A stretch of DNA of 36,819 nucleotides from Clostridium sp. CAG:1193 (GTDB taxonomy: Bacteria > Bacillota_I > Bacilli_A > RF39 > UBA660): the NCBI GenBank assembly GCA_000436255.1, contig HF990822.1:8018-44836 (forward strand). Direction: 5' to 3'. Positions 19,413 to 27,893 of this stretch are shown here, in pieces; the stretch's first letter is position 1; every line of letters starts with the position of its first letter. Both the position numbers and the translations under genes were made by a program. Below the pieces are notes generated by a model. That model was given only the letters and a program-made list of their open reading frames with translations. It had not been told where the DNA came from and made no database searches.

Positions 19413-20438
19413 TTACTCCTTTATAAACATTGCATCTCCAAAAGAGAAGAACCTATATTCTAATTTTACTGCCTCTTTATATGCATTCATTATATTTTCT
19501 TTACCCGCAAGTGCACTTACAAGCATAATAAGTGTTGATTTTGGTAAATGAAAATTAGTTATTAACTCATCAATTCCTTTAAATTCATATCCCGGATATA
19601 TAAATATATCTGTAAATCCACTGCATCCTACAAATTTATTATATTTACTTATAATAGTTTCAAGAACACGTGTTGATGTAGTTCCAACACTTATTATTTT
19701 ATTTCCTTTATTTTTAGCATTATTTAATATATCTGCAACTTCATCAGTCATTTTATAATATTCACTATGCATCTTATGTTTTTCTACATCTTCTACATTA
19801 ACAGGTCTAAACGTACCAAGACCAACATGCAATGTAACACTTACTACTTTTACACCTTTTTCTTTTATCTTCTCTAATAACTCATTAGTAAAATGTAATC
19901 CTGCAGTAGGTGCAGCTGCACTCCCTATATTTTTAGCATACACAGTTTGATATCTATCTTTTTCACTTAGTTTCTCATGTATATATGGAGGAAGTGGCAT
20001 TTCACCTAACTGATCTAATATTTCCATAAAAATACCATTATATATAAATTCAACATGTCTAATACCCTCATCAAATACACCAACACATTTAGCACTTAAA
20101 GAATCACTAAATTTAATTATTGTGCCTTCCTTTACTCTTTTAGCAGGTTTACATAAACATTCCCATATATCACCATCTATATTTTTAAGCATTAATACCT
20201 CAATAACTGCACCAGTTTCTTCCTTAGTACCAATAAGTCTTGCAGGTATTACCTTAGTATCATTAATTACCAAAACATCATCCTTATTTAAATAATCAAT
20301 AATATCAGCAAAATGCCTATGACTAATTTCCCCAGTATTTTTATCCAAAACAAGTAACCTTGAAGAATCCCTTTTTAAAAGAGGAGTCTGTGCGATTAAA
20401 TCTTCAGGTAAATAATAATCAAAATCATCTGTTTTCAT
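19413..20438 (-). CDS. queA: S-adenosylmethionine:tRNA ribosyltransferase-isomerase
   Basis: [20 protein letters not shown] start preceded by GGAGGA. PLPPYI and GTTSTRVLE motifs. The ORF-track start at 20465 is upstream of the SD. Confidence 0.95.
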   Translation of the reverse strand: MKTDDFDYYLPEDLIAQTPLLKRDSSRLLVLDKNTGEISHRHFADIIDYLNKDDVLVINDTKVIPARLIGTKEETGAVIEVLMLKNIDGDIWECLCKPAKRVKEGTIIKFSDSLSAKCVGVFDEGIRHVEFIYNGIFMEILDQLGEMPLPPYIHEKLSEKDRYQTVYAKNIGSAAAPTAGLHFTNELLEKIKEKGVKVVSVTLHVGLGTFRPVNVEDVEKHKMHSEYYKMTDEVADILNNAKNKGNKIISVGTTSTRVLETIISKYNKFVGCSGFTDIFIYPGYEFKGIDELITNFHLPKSTLIMLVSALAGKENIMNAYKEAVKLEYRFFSFGDAMFIKE

Positions 20439-20593
20439 ATTTCCTCCAATCAAACTCATTCGCAAAAGATTATACCATTATTTTACGTTTTTTTAAAGTC
20501 ATATTAAATTTTAATATAACCCACGCTATTTTAGGCAATCGACAAAATAATTATTATTACATAATATAATTGCACTTTGAAAACACATTGCCA

Positions 20594-20618
20594 TAAAAAG
20601 ACTACTTAAAGTAGTCCT
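20594..20618 (-). terminator. Terminator after ruvB, overlapping its stop codon
   Basis: On the minus strand GACTAC/GTAGTC form a stem (20600-20616) followed by a U-run (plus-strand A-run 20595-20599). Confidence 0.5.
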
Positions 20619-21610
20619 TGTTGATGATTAATTTTTAAATGTTCATACGCTTTTTCAGTAGCCATTCTTCCCCTGTTTGTTCTTTTTAAAAGACCTTGTT
20701 GTAATAAATATGGTTCATATACATCCTCAATAGTAGTTACTTCTTCTCCAATTGAAGATGCTAAAGCATCTATACCAACTGGACCCCCATTAAATCTAGT
20801 AATAATTGCTTTTAATAATGCAATATCTGTCTCATCAAGTCCAATATCATCTACACCAAGTCTACTAAGCGCTAACTTAGCAATAGATAAATCAATCATA
20901 CCATTACCCATTACAAGAGCAAAATCACGTGTTCTTTTTAATAATCTATTTGCTATTCTTGGGGTACCTCTACTTCTTTTTGCTATTTCTAAAGCAGCAT
21001 CAGAATCAATATTTACATTTAATACTCTACATGTCCTGTAAACTATTTGTTCAAGTTCTTCTATAGTATAATAATTTAACTTTGATATAATTCCAAATCT
21101 ATCTCTAAGAGGAGATGATAAATCTCCTACTCTAGTAGTTGCTCCTACTAAAGTAAATGGTGGAAGATCTATTTTAATATTCCTGCTATTACCATCACTA
21201 CCCACTATAATATCCAAAGTAAAATCTTCCATTGCAGGATATAATATCTCTTCTATATATCTTGGCATACGATGTATTTCATCAATAAATAATACATCAT
21301 TAGGTTCAAGAGTTGAAAGTATAGCAGCTAAATCACCACTTTTTTCAATAGATGGACCAGATGCTGTTTTAATATTTGTACCAAGTTCATTAGCAATAAT
21401 ATAAGATAAAGTAGTTTTACCAAGACCAGGAGGTCCATATAAAAGCACATGATCAAGAGTCTCTCCCCTTAGTTTAGAAGACTCAATAAAAACCTTTAAG
21501 TTCTCTTTAACATCTTTTTGACCAATATATTCATCAATAGAATCAGGTCTTATAGATGCTTCAAAAGTATCCTCTTCACTCTTTTTATTATTTAAAACAG
21601 TTTCTTCCAT
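20606..21610 (-). CDS. ruvB: Holliday junction helicase RuvB
   Basis: Walker [10 protein letters not shown], Walker B FIDEIHR, sensor/arginine finger region. Adjacent to ruvA. Confidence 0.95.
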   Translation of the reverse strand: MEETVLNNKKSEEDTFEASIRPDSIDEYIGQKDVKENLKVFIESSKLRGETLDHVLLYGPPGLGKTTLSYIIANELGTNIKTASGPSIEKSGDLAAILSTLEPNDVLFIDEIHRMPRYIEEILYPAMEDFTLDIIVGSDGNSRNIKIDLPPFTLVGATTRVGDLSSPLRDRFGIISKLNYYTIEELEQIVYRTCRVLNVNIDSDAALEIAKRSRGTPRIANRLLKRTRDFALVMGNGMIDLSIAKLALSRLGVDDIGLDETDIALLKAIITRFNGGPVGIDALASSIGEEVTTIEDVYEPYLLQQGLLKRTNRGRMATEKAYEHLKINHQQGLL

Positions 21611-21617
21611 AATTCAC

Positions 21618-22172
21618 CTACCTAAGCAATAACTTTAGTGCCTCTTTAATTTGAGACTCAACACTATCCTCTTTATTTAATTTAGGAATAACCTTTGTAA
21701 TATCAGATCCTTTATATCCTAAAGCCTTTAATGCTTCAACTACATCATCATTAGTATCATTAATAATAGCATCCTCACTTAATACAAGTTTTCCCTTTAA
21801 ATCAAGTACTATTTGTCTAGCAACCTTCTCACCTATCTTAGGAAACTTTTTTAAATACAAAATATTTTCCCTATTAATAGCATCAATAATACCATTAATA
21901 CTACCAGTAGCAAGTATAGGTAAAGCCATCTTAGGTCCAAGACCCTTAACATCAATTAACTTTAAAAACAAATCTTTCTCCTCAACACTATTAAACCCAT
22001 ATATAGAATGCTCATCCTCACGTATATGCTCATAAGTATATATTTTATACTCACTACCTTCCTTAAACATATATGGATTAGGAGTATTTATTTTATATCC
22101 AATACCATTATTATCAAGAACGATATAACCGGGCATTATCTCAGTAATAACCCCCTTAATATATGAATACAT
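21618..22172 (-). CDS. ruvA: Holliday junction DNA-binding protein RuvA
   Basis: MYSYIKGVI...GIGYKINTP OB-fold. HhH segment VKGLGPKMALPIL. C-terminal domain III. SD GAGGTGA. Confidence 0.9.
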   Translation of the reverse strand: MYSYIKGVITEIMPGYIVLDNNGIGYKINTPNPYMFKEGSEYKIYTYEHIREDEHSIYGFNSVEEKDLFLKLIDVKGLGPKMALPILATGSINGIIDAINRENILYLKKFPKIGEKVARQIVLDLKGKLVLSEDAIINDTNDDVVEALKALGYKGSDITKVIPKLNKEDSVESQIKEALKLLLR

Positions 22173-22205
22173 ACTATCACCTCACTATATATACCAATTA
22201 TACAC

Positions 22206-22223
22206 TACAAACTAATGTTTGTA
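22206..22223. promoter_or_regulatory. 18-nt perfect palindrome at the -35 position of the ruvA promoter, possibly a LexA-like operator
   Basis: TACAAAC-TAAT-GTTTGTA. On the minus strand it lies just upstream of a TATAAT (GTGTATAATTGG). The AAAC-N4-GTTT core is one symmetric change from the Firmicute GAAC-N4-GTTC SOS box. Confidence 0.25.
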
Positions 22224-22251
22224 AATGAAAAGACTAGTAAAAACTAATCTT
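22222..22251 (-). terminator. Terminator of the minus-strand DUF285 cassette C
   Basis: On the minus-strand RNA, AAGAUUAGU/ACUAGUCUU form a 9-bp stem (one G-U pair), followed by UUUCAUUU. Confidence 0.55.
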
Positions 22252-22256
22252 TAGAA

Positions 22257-22709
22257 TTATGATTTAACTACAAATGTTAGTCCGGAAGGTCTATAAGTAG
22301 TACTTGCATTAAATCTATCTGCATCTTCTTGTGTACGAGCATATCCTGTTGTGGCTCTGCTTGAATAAAACATATAACTCATATCTGTTACTTTACTTGT
22401 ATCAAAACTACTTAAATCTAATGTTGTTGCTGCACTACTAGTAAACATATTACTCATATTTGTTACTTTACTTGTGTCAAAACTAGATAAGTCTAGACTT
22501 GTTGCAGCACATACTCCAAACATCCTCATCATATCTGTTACTTTACTTGTATCAAAGCTTGATACATCTATACTTGTTGCTTTACTATTATAAAACATAT
22601 TACTCATATCTGTTACTTTTGACGTATCAAAACTACTTAAATCTAAACTTGTTACTTTAGTACCTGCAAACATCCAACTCATATCTGTTACTTTTGACGT
22701 ATCAAAAGA
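22257..22709 (-). pseudogene. DUF285/BspA-type cassette C: 5 repeat units plus an intact C-terminal end, no 5' end
   Basis: SFDTSKVTDMSWMF...TGYARTQEDADRFNASTTYRPSGLTFVVKS*. The first 25 codons of ORF-track 22257..22784 are only the antisense of cassette D. No leader or RBS. Confidence 0.7.
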
Positions 22710-22731
22710 TAAACCAATAGTGAGTATGTAC
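22708..22731 (+). repeat. Left copy of a 24-nt perfect inverted repeat (head box)
   Basis: GATAAACCAATAGTGAGTATGTAC. Its exact reverse complement is at 25144-25167. Confidence 0.9.
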
Positions 22732-23529
22732 AAAATGTTTTCTGGTAGTAAAGCAGAAAGTATAGATACATCAAGTTTTGACACGACAAATGTAACTGAT
22801 ATGAATTTTATGTTTGATTCTAGTAAAGCAACAGAAATAAAAGGTTTAGAAAACTTTGATACATCAAAGGTAATAGATATGGGTAGTATGTTTTATCAAA
22901 GTGCAGCAACAAGCCTAAATTTAAGTAGTTTTGATACTTCAAATGTAACATATATGAATGGTATGTTTGAACATAGTGCTGCTACTACTATAAAAGGCTT
23001 AGAAAAGTTTGACACTTCTAATGTAACATACATGAGTCATATGTTTGCTTGGAGTAAAGTAGCAACATTAGATTTATCAAGTTTTGATACATCAAAAGTA
23101 ACAGCTATGCCTTATATGTTTTGGGAAAGTGTTGCAACAGAAATAAAAGGTTTAGAAAATTTTGATACAAGTAATGTAACAAGTATGGGTGGTATGTTTG
23201 GTAGGATGGATAACTTAACAATCTTAGATTTAAGTAATTTTGACACAAGTAATGTAACAAATATGCAACAAATGTTTAATGCATGTGCTGCAACTATTAT
23301 AAAGGGGTTAGAAAATTTTGATACAAGTAACGTAACAAGTATGGATAGTATGTTTGCAAGTACTAAAGTAGCAACATTAGATTTAAGCAGTTTTGACACA
23401 AGTAATGTAACAGATATGAAGTATATGTTTAGTCATAGTATTGCAACCGAAATTAAAGGTTTAGAAAATTTTAATACAAGTAATGTAATAACTATGAACA
23501 GTATGTTTCAAAATAGTGTTGTACCAAGT

Positions 23530-23911
23530 TTAGATTTAAGTAGTTTTGATACCTCAAAAGTAACCAATATGTATTGGATGTTTTCTGGTAGTGCCGCAAC
23601 TGAAATAAAAGGCTTAGAAAATTTTAATACAAGCAATGTAACAAATATGGAGCGTACAAATGTCACGGATATGAAGCGTATGTTTACGAGAAGTGCTGCA
23701 ACTGAAATAAAGGGTTTAGAAAACTTTAACACATCAAACGTAACCAATATGAGTCAGATGTTTTCATATAGTAAAGCAACAACATTAGATTTAAGTAGTT
23801 TTGATACCTCAAAAGTAACCAATATGTATTGGATGTTTTCTGGTAGTGCCGCAACTGAAATAAAAGGCTTAGAAAATTTTAATACAAGCAATGTAACAAA
23901 TATGGAGCGTA
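23530..23911 (+). repeat. 127-bp perfect direct repeat (23530-23656 and 23785-23911) inside cassette D
   Basis: Identical strings read at both positions (LDLSSFDTSKVTNMYWMFSGSAATEIKGLENFNTSNVTNMER). The first copy is followed by a 24-nt in-frame partial-unit insertion at 23656-23679 (TNVTDMKR). Confidence 0.9.
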
Positions 23912-24208
23912 TGTTTTCTGGTAGTGCCGCAACAACATTGGATTTAAGTAGTTTTGATACAACGAATATAACAAATATGAGTTATATGTTTTGGGATAGT
24001 AAAGCAACAAGTATAGATTTAAGTAGTTTTGATACCTCAAAAGTAACCAATATGGAATGGATGTTTTGGGATAGTGCCGCAACGAGTTTGGATTTATCAA
24101 GTTTTGATACATCAAATGTAACGGATATGAGTTATATGTTTTCTAGTTGTAAAGCAACAACTGGATATGCACGTACACAGGAAGATGCAGATAGATTTAA
24201 TGCAAGTA

Positions 24209-25026
24209 ACTTTATTACCTGAAAACATACTATTCATTTTTGTTACATTTGATGTATCAAAACTTGATAAATTTAAAGTTGTTGCTTTACTATATGAAAA
24301 CATAAGACTCATATCTGTTACATTGCTTGTATTAAAGTTTTCTAAACCTTTTATTTCAGTTGCGGCACTTTTATTAAACATACTATACATATTTGTTACA
24401 TTACTTGTATTAAAACTACTTAAATCTAGACTTGTTGCTTTACTATTACAAAACATCCAACCCATATTTGTTGCTTTTGATGTATCAAAATTTTCTAAAC
24501 CTTTTATTTCAGTTGCAGCACTATTGTAAAACATCCAACTCATATCTGTTACTTTTGACGTATCAAAACTACTTAAATCTAAACTTGTTACTTTAGTACC
24601 TGCAAACATCCAACTCATATCTGTTACTTTTGACGTATCAAAACTTGATAAATCTAAACTTGTTACTTTATTACCTGAAAACATACTATTCATTTTTGTT
24701 ACATTTGATGTATCAAAACTTGATAAATTTAAAGTTGTTGCTTTACTATATGAAAACATAAGACTCATATCTGTTACATTGCTTGTATTAAAGTTTTCTA
24801 AACCTTTTATTTCAGTTGCGGCACTTTTATTAAACATACTATACATATTTGTTACATTACTTGTATTAAAACTACTTAAATCTAGACTTGTTGCTTTACT
24901 ATTACAAAACATCCAACCCATATTTGTTGCTTTTGATGTATCAAAATTTTCTAAACCTTTTATTTCAGTTGCAGCACTATTGTAAAACATCCAACTCATA
25001 TCTGTTACTTTTGACGTATCAAAACT
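24209..25026 (-). repeat. 362-bp perfect direct repeat (24209-24570 and 24665-25026), offset 456 bp = 152 codons
   Basis: Read base by base: both copies are identical from ACTTTATTACCTGAAAACAT... to ...GACGTATCAAAACT. Mismatches lie immediately outside (24208 A vs 24664 T; 24571 A vs 25027 T). Confidence 0.9.
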
Positions 25027-25143
25027 TGATAAATCTAAACTTGTTGCTTTACTTTCTTGAAACATACAATACATGGTTGTTACTTTACTTGTATCAAAAC
25101 TTGATAAATCTAAACTTGTTGCTTTACTACCAAAAAACATTTG

Positions 25144-25167
25144 GTACATACTCACTATTGGTTTATC
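25144..25167 (-). repeat. Right copy of the 24-nt perfect inverted repeat (head box)
   Basis: GTACATACTCACTATTGGTTTATC is the reverse complement of 22708-22731. Confidence 0.9.
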
Positions 25168-25221
25168 ATTTATTGTTCCACATAACTCTGTTGTTACTGG
25201 ATCTGTTGATGTTTTATCAGT

Positions 25222-25260
25222 AGGCCTCCTGGATTAACATTCGTAGTTAAAAGTAGTTAA
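25222..25260 (+). pseudogene. Detached 3' end (F) of the plus-strand DUF285 gene
   Basis: AGG CCT CCT GGA TTA ACA TTC GTA GTT AAA AGT AGT TAA = RPPGLTFVVKSS*. Compare cassette C's RPSGLTFVVKS*. Same frame (mod 3) as cassette D and followed by a terminator. Confidence 0.7.
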
Positions 25261-25263
25261 TAG

Positions 25264-25287
25264 ACGTTCAAATGTGAACGTTTTTTC
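25264..25287 (+). terminator. Rho-independent terminator after fragment F
   Basis: Stem ACGTTCA (25264-25270) / TGAACGT (25275-25281), 4-nt loop, then TTTTTT. Confidence 0.8.
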
Positions 25288-25330
25288 TTTTATTAATTAT
25301 AAGTATGGTATAATGTATGTAGGTGATTAT

Positions 25331-27886
25331 ATGAAAAAAGTTATATTAATTGATGGTAATAATTTACTATTTAGAAGTTATTATGCAACTGCATATACTG
25401 GAAATGTTATGAAAAGTTCTAAAGGATTTCCTACTAATGCTCTTTATGGGTTTACTAATATGATAAATAAGATATTAAATGAAGAAAAACCTGAGTATAT
25501 TTTAGTGGCACTTGATAAAGGTAAGACTTTTAGACATGATAGTTATAAAGATTATAAAGCTGGAAGACTTGCTATGCCTGATGATTTAAAATTACAATTT
25601 GATGTTGCTAAGGAATTAATGGATGCAATGGGAATTAAATGGTTTGAAATTGATGGATATGAAGCTGATGATATTATTGGAACATTTTCTTTAATGATAG
25701 AAAATAGTAGTGATTACGAGGGTTTAATTATAAGTAGTGATAGGGATTTATTGCAACTTATAAATAATAAAGTTAAAGTAAAACTTTTAAAAACTAAGGA
25801 TTATATAATGATGGATAATGATACTTTTGTAAGTGAGTATGGAATTATGCCTAATAAAATAATAGATTTAAAGGGATTACAAGGGGATAAGTCTGATAAT
25901 ATACCTGGTGTTAAAGGTATTGGTGAGAAAACTGCTTTAAAATTATTACAAGAGTATGGTAGTATTGAAAATATATATGTAAATATAGATAAGATTAAAG
26001 GCTCTGTTAAAGATAAATTACTTTTAAATAAGGATGATGCTTTTATGTCTAAACAACTTGCTACTATATATAAAGAAGTACCTACTGGGCTTACTTTTGA
26101 TGATATTAAGTATAAGGGTGCAAATGAGAATTTAAAAGGGATATATGATAGATTAGAGTTTTATTCTTTTATGAAAAATGAACAAAAGGTTAATAGTAAA
26201 AATAGTGAATTTGTAGTTGTAGATGATGTATCTAAGTTAGAAGTAGTTGGAGATGTTTCTATTTATTTAGAACTTGATAATACTAATTATCATACTTCAA
26301 ATGTTCTTGGTATGGCTATTTATAATAAAAATATAAGTGCTTTTATACCACTTGATGTTCTATTAAAAAATCCTAAATTCTTAGTAGAAAATAATAAATA
26401 TACGTATGATTTAAAGAAGGTCTTAGTAGCATTAAGAAAGTTAAATATTAATACATCTAATTATAGTTTTGATACGATGGTTGCAGCATATTTGCTTAAT
26501 TATAATGTACATGATGATATTAGTTATATTGCAAATACATATAATTATGATATAGATTTTTTTGAATCAATAAGTAAATCTAGAGAAATAGATATGGATA
26601 ATGTTATTGTAAATGCTATAAAAAAAGCTAAGTTTATTTATGAAACTCATGATAATTTTTTAAATAAATTAAATAGTGAAGAATGTATAGATTTATTTAA
26701 TAATATAGAAATGCCTTTAATATATGTTCTTGCTGATATGGAATATACGGGTGTTAAGATAGATACTAAAGTACTTGATGATATGAAAGATGAAATATCT
26801 ATTAAGATGGATTTATTAAAGCATGATATATATAATTTGGCTGGGTGTGAGTTTAATATTAATTCTCCAAAACAATTGGGTGATGTATTATTTGATAAAC
26901 TTGGTGTACCTGCGAATAAGAAAAGAACTACTGATAAAGAACATATAGGAAAGTATTCTAAAAAGTATCCAATTATAGAAAAAATACTTGAATATAAAAT
27001 GCTTTCTAAAATAAATGGCACATATATTACAGGATTAACTGATAATATTTTAAAAGATGGTAAAATACATACAATATTTAATCAAACATTAACACGTACT
27101 GGTAGATTATCATCTTCATACCCAAATTTACAGAATATACCTACAAGATATGAATATGCTAAATTAATAAGAAAAGCATTTGTACCTACTTATGATATGT
27201 TTATATCTTCTGATTATTCTCAAATTGAACTTAGAGTATTTGCACATTTTTCAAAGGTACCAAATTTAACTTTAGCATTTAATAATGATATGGATATACA
27301 TACTAAAACAGCAATGGATTTATTTGGAGTTAGTGAAAATGAGGTTAATAGTGAAATGCGTAGATGTGCTAAAGCTGTTAATTTTGGAATATTATATGGA
27401 ATAAGTGAATATGGATTATCTGAAAACTTGGATATGTCTTTTACAGATGCAAAAGAATTTATTAATAAGTATTTACAGACTTTTCCTGGTATTAAAAAGT
27501 ACATGGAAAATGTAGTTGAAGAAGCACGTAAAAATGGTTATGTAAAAACTCTTATGAATAGAAAAAGAATAATTAGTGAACTTGATAATAAGAATTATAT
27601 AATTAGACAAAGTGGAGAGAGAATTGCAATGAATACTCCAATACAAGGTACAAGTGCAGATATAATTAAAAAGGCAATGGTTGAGTTATTTGCTAAGATT
27701 AATGAACTTAAATTAGAAAGTAAAATGGTTTTACAAATACACGACGAACTTGTTTTTGATGTTAAAAAAGATGAAGAAGAAGTATTAACTAAGATTATTA
27801 AAGATGTAATGGAAAATACTGTTAAGTTAGATGTTCCTCTTAAAGTAGAGATATCTAGTGGTAAAAACTGGTATGATACTAAATAG
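25331..27886 (+). CDS. polA: DNA polymerase I, Bacillus type
   Basis: 5' nuclease LIDGNNLLFRSYYA / GDKSDNIPGVKGIGEKTA. Pol motifs A DYSQIELRV, B RRCAKAVNFGILYG, C QIHDELVF. ATG 25331 follows AGGTGA, with an upstream TGGTATAAT at 25306-25314. Confidence 0.95.
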   Translation: MKKVILIDGNNLLFRSYYATAYTGNVMKSSKGFPTNALYGFTNMINKILNEEKPEYILVALDKGKTFRHDSYKDYKAGRLAMPDDLKLQFDVAKELMDAMGIKWFEIDGYEADDIIGTFSLMIENSSDYEGLIISSDRDLLQLINNKVKVKLLKTKDYIMMDNDTFVSEYGIMPNKIIDLKGLQGDKSDNIPGVKGIGEKTALKLLQEYGSIENIYVNIDKIKGSVKDKLLLNKDDAFMSKQLATIYKEVPTGLTFDDIKYKGANENLKGIYDRLEFYSFMKNEQKVNSKNSEFVVVDDVSKLEVVGDVSIYLELDNTNYHTSNVLGMAIYNKNISAFIPLDVLLKNPKFLVENNKYTYDLKKVLVALRKLNINTSNYSFDTMVAAYLLNYNVHDDISYIANTYNYDIDFFESISKSREIDMDNVIVNAIKKAKFIYETHDNFLNKLNSEECIDLFNNIEMPLIYVLADMEYTGVKIDTKVLDDMKDEISIKMDLLKHDIYNLAGCEFNINSPKQLGDVLFDKLGVPANKKRTTDKEHIGKYSKKYPIIEKILEYKMLSKINGTYITGLTDNILKDGKIHTIFNQTLTRTGRLSSSYPNLQNIPTRYEYAKLIRKAFVPTYDMFISSDYSQIELRVFAHFSKVPNLTLAFNNDMDIHTKTAMDLFGVSENEVNSEMRRCAKAVNFGILYGISEYGLSENLDMSFTDAKEFINKYLQTFPGIKKYMENVVEEARKNGYVKTLMNRKRIISELDNKNYIIRQSGERIAMNTPIQGTSADIIKKAMVELFAKINELKLESKMVLQIHDELVFDVKKDEEEVLTKIIKDVMENTVKLDVPLKVEISSGKNWYDTK

Positions 27887-27893
27887 GTGAGTT

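Larger units (their letters stand above)
22708..24208 (+). pseudogene. DUF285/BspA-type cassette D: about 19 repeat units, starts at the DKPIVSMY head box, loses its last 13 codons to the inserted cassette E
   Basis: DKPIVSMYKMFSGSKAESIDTSSFDT... with alternating units (ATEIKGLENF[DN]TSNVTxMxxMF / ATxLDLSSFDTSxVTxMxxMF) up to ...TGYARTQEDADRFNAS at 24207. No SD or leader upstream. The sequence after 24208 is the antisense of another cassette. Confidence 0.7.
24209..25221 (-). pseudogene. DUF285/BspA-type cassette E, inverted, inserted in the 3' end of D: starts mid N-domain (TDKTSTDPVTTELCGTINDKPIVSMYQMF), about 12 units, no 5' or 3' end
   Basis: Minus-strand reading gives ...RP|TDKTSTDPVTTELCGTINDKPIVSMYQMFFGSKATSLDL...NSMFSGNKV|T. 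Both ends abut plus-strand coding sequence of D and F. Confidence 0.7.

Noticed and set aside
22710-22784. The first 25 codons (MSKLDVSILSALLPENILYILTIGL) of ORF-track entry 22257..22784
   Set aside because: This stretch is just the antisense of the cassette D head box and has no SD. The real homology of cassette C begins at SFDTSKVT (22709 downward).
22300-25200. Regular repeats of about 78 bp that could be mistaken for a CRISPR array or satellite
   Set aside because: The period is 26 codons, in an open frame encoding ...SSFDTSxVTxMxxMF... units. There are no unique spacers between conserved repeats. These are protein-coding DUF285/BspA-type repeats.
22700-25230. A site-specific shufflon or invertase system
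   Set aside because: No recombinase gene lies in the window. The three strand-switch junctions share no common inverted-repeat core, only 2-6 nt of microhomology (AGTA, GATAAA). The idea is kept as a hypothesis in the findings but not called as a feature.
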